A program made the translations under genes and the position numbers. Under the pieces are notes generated by a model, which was not told the DNA's origin, made no database searches, and saw only the letters and a program-made list of their open reading frames with translations. From the NCBI GenBank assembly GCA_947623945.1, contig CANQHU010000001.1, forward strand, positions 15,705 to 79,704: a DNA stretch of 64,000 nt. The letters run 5' to 3'. This document shows positions 59,629 to 64,000 of the stretch, piece by piece; position 1 is the first letter of the stretch; the number at the start of each line of letters is the position of its first letter. Source of the stretch: an uncultured Clostridia bacterium. GTDB taxonomy: Bacteria > Bacillota > Clostridia > TANB77 > CAG-508.

Positions 59629-61571
59629 CCACCGCAGTGTATTTACACAGGCAGCCAAGTCGGGAAATGTTAAAGATTATTGAGAGTGCAACCAAAGCGG
59701 ATACCATTTTAACCAATTTTCCGTTATCCTTACCGCATACAGTGGTATATAAATTAAAGAAGAACAACAATCAAAAAAGTGGCGTTTGGGGTACAACAGA
59801 AACCGTGCATTATATTGACACGGGTTCTTTGCCGTTTAACTGGACATTGCCTTATGCGTCCCTTGCCGGTATCGTGGCGTCACTGGCAAAAGATAGTGAC
59901 CGAATGTTAATGATGTTTCCGACGGATAGTGAAATTCCGCCTTTATTGCCTTTTTTGGCCTCTGTCTTAAACAAAACGGTACGATTATTCAAAGGGACAA
60001 ATTCGGTCAAACTGGATATAGAGGCATTGACTGGAAAAGAGGTCAAAGAAAGCTATGAACAATTATTATTGCCGGAGATAGCGCCGCTGCCGACGCCGAC
60101 GAAACTCATGACCACGCCAAACGGAGCTACCGTGCGTCCATATCAACAGCAGATGATTGATTTTGCGTTATCGAAACCCGCTTGTGGTTGGTTTGTGGAC
60201 ATGGGACTGGGAAAAACCCTCGCCACACTGGTATTACTGGACGAGTGGATAAAACGGGGCGAAATCAACCCGGAAAAACCAATTTTGATTGTAGCGCCAA
60301 TTATGGTGGCGTTGGACACTTGGAGCCGAGAGGTAGAAAAGTGGGGCTACGATTGGAATGTATTAATTAATGTGCGATTGACGCCCAAGAAACGGGAAAC
60401 CCTCTTGCGAGAGGCATTACTGCCGTGTGAGAAACCGACGCTGTTCTTGACCAATCCGGCACAGTTGGAGGCCATTCGGGATTACTATTATTCGTTTAAT
60501 ATCCCACTGCCATTTGAGGTATTAATCATCGACGAGTTGTCGATGTTTAAATCCCCAACGACCAAACGCAACGATGTTATTAGCGATTATCGGAGAGGCG
60601 CTGTAAAATTTCTGGGACTTACCGGAACACCGGCCGCCAATCATCTGATTGACATCTGGAATCAGGCAAAGCTGATTTCTAAATCTGAAACGGCTTGGGC
60701 CGGAGATACGATTTACGAGTTTCAAGCAAAATATTTCAATCCGGGTTCAACCACCTCCTCTGGAAAAGTGATTACTTGGATACCAAAGTTCGGAACCAAA
60801 GAGGCTATTTACCGTAATCTGGCAACCCATGTGGTTTCCATGCAGACAAAGGGATTGGTGGAACTGCCGGAGATTTCCTATTCCGATATGTATATTACAT
60901 TACCAAGTGAGGCTCGGCAGGAGTATCATACCTTGGAAGAGGAAATTGGAAACAAGCTGGAGGAGGGTAACGGAGCCACCTTTACGACCGGTACGGGCGC
61001 CCAGATTTATCTGCCAACCAGTGATGTATTAAGTGGAAAGCTATTGCAACTGGCAGGTGGCGCCTTATATACCGATGAAAATCACAATTTCACGGTGTCT
61101 CACAATGAAAAGTTGGACGCTTTGGACGATTTAATAGAATCGGCAACCACCCCGTTGTTGGTATATTATTATTTCAACAGTGATAAACAGCGTATCTTAG
61201 AACGCCATAAACGAGGCGGCGTCGAAGTGCTGGATTCCAAACGGGCAGATGTCCAAAACACCATTTCCCGTTGGAACCGGGGCGAAATACCCGTACTGTT
61301 AGCCCATCCGGCGTCCGTTGGACACGGACTGAACTTGCAAGAGGGAGGACATACGATTGTCTGGTTCTCTCTGCCAAACTGGGATAACGAGAAATACCAG
61401 CAGGCGAACAAACGATTATATCGTTCCGGACAGACCCATCCGGTCAGCGTCATTCACATTGTTGCCAAAGATACGATTGAAGAAGTGATGTTGCTGTCCT
61501 TACAGGCTAAAGAGAAAGAAAATCATAAACTCATGGAGGCACTTGGCCGCCGGAATGGAGGCAAGGCATGA
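59625..61571 (+). CDS. SNF2-family (SF2) helicase/translocase (648 aa)
   Basis: ORF track 59559-61571. The GTG at 59625 makes a GTGA overlap with the rnhB stop and has SD agggggc. Motifs RPYQQQMIDFAL, DMGLGKTLATL (I), IIDELSMFK (II), LTGTPAANHL (III), LLAHPASVGHGLNLQ, QANKRLYRSGQ (VI). Confidence 0.8.
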   Translation: MTTAVYLHRQPSREMLKIIESATKADTILTNFPLSLPHTVVYKLKKNNNQKSGVWGTTETVHYIDTGSLPFNWTLPYASLAGIVASLAKDSDRMLMMFPTDSEIPPLLPFLASVLNKTVRLFKGTNSVKLDIEALTGKEVKESYEQLLLPEIAPLPTPTKLMTTPNGATVRPYQQQMIDFALSKPACGWFVDMGLGKTLATLVLLDEWIKRGEINPEKPILIVAPIMVALDTWSREVEKWGYDWNVLINVRLTPKKRETLLREALLPCEKPTLFLTNPAQLEAIRDYYYSFNIPLPFEVLIIDELSMFKSPTTKRNDVISDYRRGAVKFLGLTGTPAANHLIDIWNQAKLISKSETAWAGDTIYEFQAKYFNPGSTTSSGKVITWIPKFGTKEAIYRNLATHVVSMQTKGLVELPEISYSDMYITLPSEARQEYHTLEEEIGNKLEEGNGATFTTGTGAQIYLPTSDVLSGKLLQLAGGALYTDENHNFTVSHNEKLDALDDLIESATTPLLVYYYFNSDKQRILERHKRGGVEVLDSKRADVQNTISRWNRGEIPVLLAHPASVGHGLNLQEGGHTIVWFSLPNWDNEKYQQANKRLYRSGQTHPVSVIHIVAKDTIEEVMLLSLQAKEKENHKLMEALGRRNGGKA

Positions 61572-62212
61572 AAGAAAAACTCACAAAAATCTATGCAAAG
61601 GGGTTATCCCATTCGACGGCAATAGTGATACTCTTATTGGCTATCTATTATGTAATAAATCGGCAGCTATTGGACGCGCATCGAGCAAAAGAGATAACGA
61701 ACAATCAGGTATATGCCTGTCTGTTTGTCACCATTGCGGTCTTTTATGCCATGTATGTGCTTCGGATTCAGCTTGGCGTTTCGGCGCCAAGTACCGCCGA
61801 TATCCCTGCCGGAATTAAGGACAAACAGACTTACACACTGGTTGGGTTCATTCTCATCATCGGGTTGACAATGATATTTGCCGTCAGGTATGATAAAGGT
61901 ATCAGCCAGATATACCCGCTTATGCGAATGTATTATCCATCGCAGGTTTGTTGTATCTGGGTTGCCGCACCAATTTGGGAAGAGCTTATCTTCCGGTATC
62001 AGTTGTATGATACCATATTAAAGCCAAAATATGGCCGCTTGCTGGGAGCTTTTGGGAGTGGTATCCTCTTTTTATTGATTCACTTTCCGACCAGTCTGCA
62101 TAGTGTGGTGTTGTATGTGATACCAACCGTCTTGTTCTATTTGATTTATGAGAACTTCGGTTTGTACGGCGTGATTGTCATACATTGTATCTACAATGTC
62201 ATTGCAATATAA
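61568..62212 (+). CDS. CPBP-family (CAAX/Abi-type) intramembrane glutamic protease (214 aa)
   Basis: ATGA overlap with the SNF2 stop. Polytopic. Motifs APIWEELIFRYQLY (EExxxR) and GILFLLIHF. Confidence 0.65.
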   Translation: MKEKLTKIYAKGLSHSTAIVILLLAIYYVINRQLLDAHRAKEITNNQVYACLFVTIAVFYAMYVLRIQLGVSAPSTADIPAGIKDKQTYTLVGFILIIGLTMIFAVRYDKGISQIYPLMRMYYPSQVCCIWVAAPIWEELIFRYQLYDTILKPKYGRLLGAFGSGILFLLIHFPTSLHSVVLYVIPTVLFYLIYENFGLYGVIVIHCIYNVIAI

Positions 62213-62231
62213 GGAACAGGAGGAAAGGACA

Positions 62232-64000
62232 ATGGGTGATACCATAACCGTGTTGTCGGATATTGAAAAAATCCGGCAGCGTCCGGGAACCTATATCGGT
62301 GATAATGACCGGCTGGGTATGAATACCATCGTGCGGGAAATCTTAGATAACGCCAAGGACGAGTATCCGAATTTCCCCGATAAAACCAAGCCGATTATCG
62401 TGACATTGGAACCCGACAATATTGTATCCGTAAGGGATTATGGACGGGGCATTTCTCCGTACCAGAGTAAGAAGAACAAAGGAAAGATTGAGGAACGATT
62501 GGCCTATACTTTAATGGGTGCAGGCGGAAAGTTCCGGCAAGACAGAGAACAGAACGGAAACCGGTTCGCCGGGGGATTGAACGGAATCGGAGCGTGTGCG
62601 ACCAACGCCATGTCCGAGTTTTTTACCGTGGAAATCTGGAAAGACGGTTACTATTTTAAGGACGAGTATCAGGAGGCCGTACCTATCACGCCGTTAGAAA
62701 ATGGAAATCTGCCCAAGAAAAAATTAAGTACCCCGGAAACGGGAACCAAAATTACTTTTAAAGCCAGTCCCAAATATATGCGGACGACAAAAGTGGATGT
62801 CAATCAGTTGATTATGGATATGCAGCAGGCAGCCTATTTAAACCCCGGACTGCGCATTCAATTTATCAACAATCGAGACGATGAATGTGAGACGGTGTTC
62901 TATTCGGAAAACGGATTGTTAGACTATATGAAAGAAATTGCCGTAGACGAAGACGACCATCCGATTTCTTATTTAGTAGAGCCATTTTTGGTACACGGAA
63001 CCGCAGAGGCCGAGGTCATGGGACAGATGAACCAAATGGAGGCTACCATTGCCGTTGCCTTTGCCAGAGGAGAATCGTCCGACGCGAAAACCTTTACCAA
63101 CGGCGTTGAAAATGTATCCGGTGGAACCCATTTACAGGGATTTTATCAAGGACTGGTGGATTTGCTTCGCCATTATTATGAAGAATTCCAAAGTGATTTT
63201 ACCAGCCGGTATAAAACCCAGCTAGAATTAATCCGAAAGGTACACAATATGCCGTCTATCGGGGATGTGTTTAAACTGGTCAAGCCACGGAGCATTGCCC
63301 GAAAAACTTTTGTCATCATCGACTTTAAACACGATGACCCGGTGTTGCGTCCACAGACCAAAGATGAGCTTTGCTCTCCAGAGGCAAAACCGGCGGTAGC
63401 AAGTATCTTTTATGAAAAAGCGGCATTGTATCTGGATAAGAACATTACCGCCGTGCATGAATTGATTACCTATTTAATCAAAGACCTATATGAGAAGGCA
63501 AAGGAAGAGGACACCAACATCAATTTAACAAAAAATGAGAGCAAACAGGTCATTTCTTCCAAGCTGGCAGCGGCAAAGAGCCGGGATACCAGTAAGAAAG
63601 CCTTATTTATCGTAGAGGGAGATTCGGCTGCCGGAAGTTTAAAGAAATTCCGAAACCCGATGTATCAGGCAGTGCTTCCATTGCGGGGAAAAGTGTTAAA
63701 TGCAAAGAAAGCCTTGCTTTCCAAGCTGTTAGCCAATCCGGAGATTGCCACCTTTGTCTTGGCGGTAGGAACCGGCATCGGCAGCAAATACGACGAATCC
63801 AAACTACAATATGATAAAATCATCATTACCGCAGACCAAGATGTAGACGGAGACCATATTTCTATCCTGTTAATCACCTTGATTTTGATTTATATGCCAG
63901 ATTTGATTCGCAACGGCCATGTGTACATTCTGGATACCCCGTTGTATGTCAATGTGATGAAAAAGGGCGAAGACTGTTACACCTATTCGGAAGACGAACA
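62232..64000 (+). CDS. Type IIA DNA topoisomerase, GyrB/ParE/T4-gp39-like ATPase-TOPRIM subunit; 3' end beyond the window
   Basis: My translation from ATG 62232 (SD aggaggaaagg) is stop-free to 64000. MGDTITVLSDIEKIRQRPGTYIGD, REILDNAKDE, GGLNGIGACATNA (GHKL). VSGGTHLQGF. LFIVEGDSAAGS and IIITADQDVDGDHI (TOPRIM). Not in the ORF track because no stop lies inside the window. Confidence 0.85.
   Translation, partial: MGDTITVLSDIEKIRQRPGTYIGDNDRLGMNTIVREILDNAKDEYPNFPDKTKPIIVTLEPDNIVSVRDYGRGISPYQSKKNKGKIEERLAYTLMGAGGKFRQDREQNGNRFAGGLNGIGACATNAMSEFFTVEIWKDGYYFKDEYQEAVPITPLENGNLPKKKLSTPETGTKITFKASPKYMRTTKVDVNQLIMDMQQAAYLNPGLRIQFINNRDDECETVFYSENGLLDYMKEIAVDEDDHPISYLVEPFLVHGTAEAEVMGQMNQMEATIAVAFARGESSDAKTFTNGVENVSGGTHLQGFYQGLVDLLRHYYEEFQSDFTSRYKTQLELIRKVHNMPSIGDVFKLVKPRSIARKTFVIIDFKHDDPVLRPQTKDELCSPEAKPAVASIFYEKAALYLDKNITAVHELITYLIKDLYEKAKEEDTNINLTKNESKQVISSKLAAAKSRDTSKKALFIVEGDSAAGSLKKFRNPMYQAVLPLRGKVLNAKKALLSKLLANPEIATFVLAVGTGIGSKYDESKLQYDKIIITADQDVDGDHISILLITLILIYMPDLIRNGHVYILDTPLYVNVMKKGEDCYTYSEDE

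Noticed and set aside
1-64000. Prophage or large-phage interpretation
   Set aside because: RusA, RNase H, SNF2, topoisomerase II, an SF3 helicase and a tail-lysozyme-like domain are phage-flavoured. However, no capsid, portal, terminase, tail or holin-endolysin cassette is visible in 64 kb. The lysozyme domain is in a membrane-anchored VirB1-type architecture. This is kept open as phage-plasmid-like in the summary, not asserted.
1-64000. Alternative genetic code (stop-codon reassignment)
   Set aside because: Long uninterrupted ORFs with the standard code (up to 1883 aa) tile almost the whole window. All three stop codons terminate genes that are followed by terminators.
1-64000. tRNA, rRNA, tmRNA, transposase or integrase genes
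   Set aside because: Inspection of the intergenic regions found no cloverleaf-compatible segments. No ORF has DDE, tyrosine- or serine-recombinase motifs. A tRNAscan or ISfinder run would be needed to be definitive.

Overview
The window reads as one contiguous piece of a large low-GC Firmicutes-type plasmid, conjugative element or phage-plasmid-like element. Supporting signs are near-consensus TTGACA-17-TATAAT promoters, strong GGAGG Shine-Dalgarno sites and many ATGA/GTGA-coupled genes. I saw no rRNA, tRNA, CRISPR, transposase, integrase, capsid or terminase. Modules: (1) 1-15.9 kb, minus strand: 14 co-directional genes. These are six leaderless BspA-type LRR proteins, a MATE-like transporter, an NrnA-like DHH/DHHA1 phosphoesterase, three paralogous unknowns, a HIRAN-domain protein and small acidic proteins. 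Twelve of them end in the same acidic tail (consensus L-S-D-x-D-L-A-D-L). (2) 17.0-36.1 kb, minus strand: an envelope-spanning, type-IV-secretion-like gene set. It has a VirB1-like lysozyme+NlpC/P60 hydrolase, a 1229-aa VirB6-like polytopic protein, a 690-aa VirB4-like protein with no P-loop, several bitopic proteins and a ClpA/B-type double AAA+ ATPase. (3) 36.4-39.2 kb: a ~1 kb iteron field plus an SF3 (D5/P4-type) helicase, probably a replication origin. (4) 39.4-47.0 kb: a second MATE-like gene and a 1883-aa beta-helix/Ig-repeat wall-anchored adhesin. (5) 48.2-64 kb, plus strand: small paralogous genes, HAD nucleotidase, DUF488, 3D-domain protein, a 2-kb non-coding multi-repeat island, MazF-like protein, RusA, RNase HII, SNF2 helicase, CPBP protease and a partial type IIA topoisomerase. 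Interspersed are at least twelve promoter - short transcript - terminator units, with tandem arrays at 25.0-25.5 kb (minus) and 47.06-47.85 kb (plus). All homology calls are motif recognition by eye; no searches were run. Self-derived coordinates may be off by 1-2 nt.
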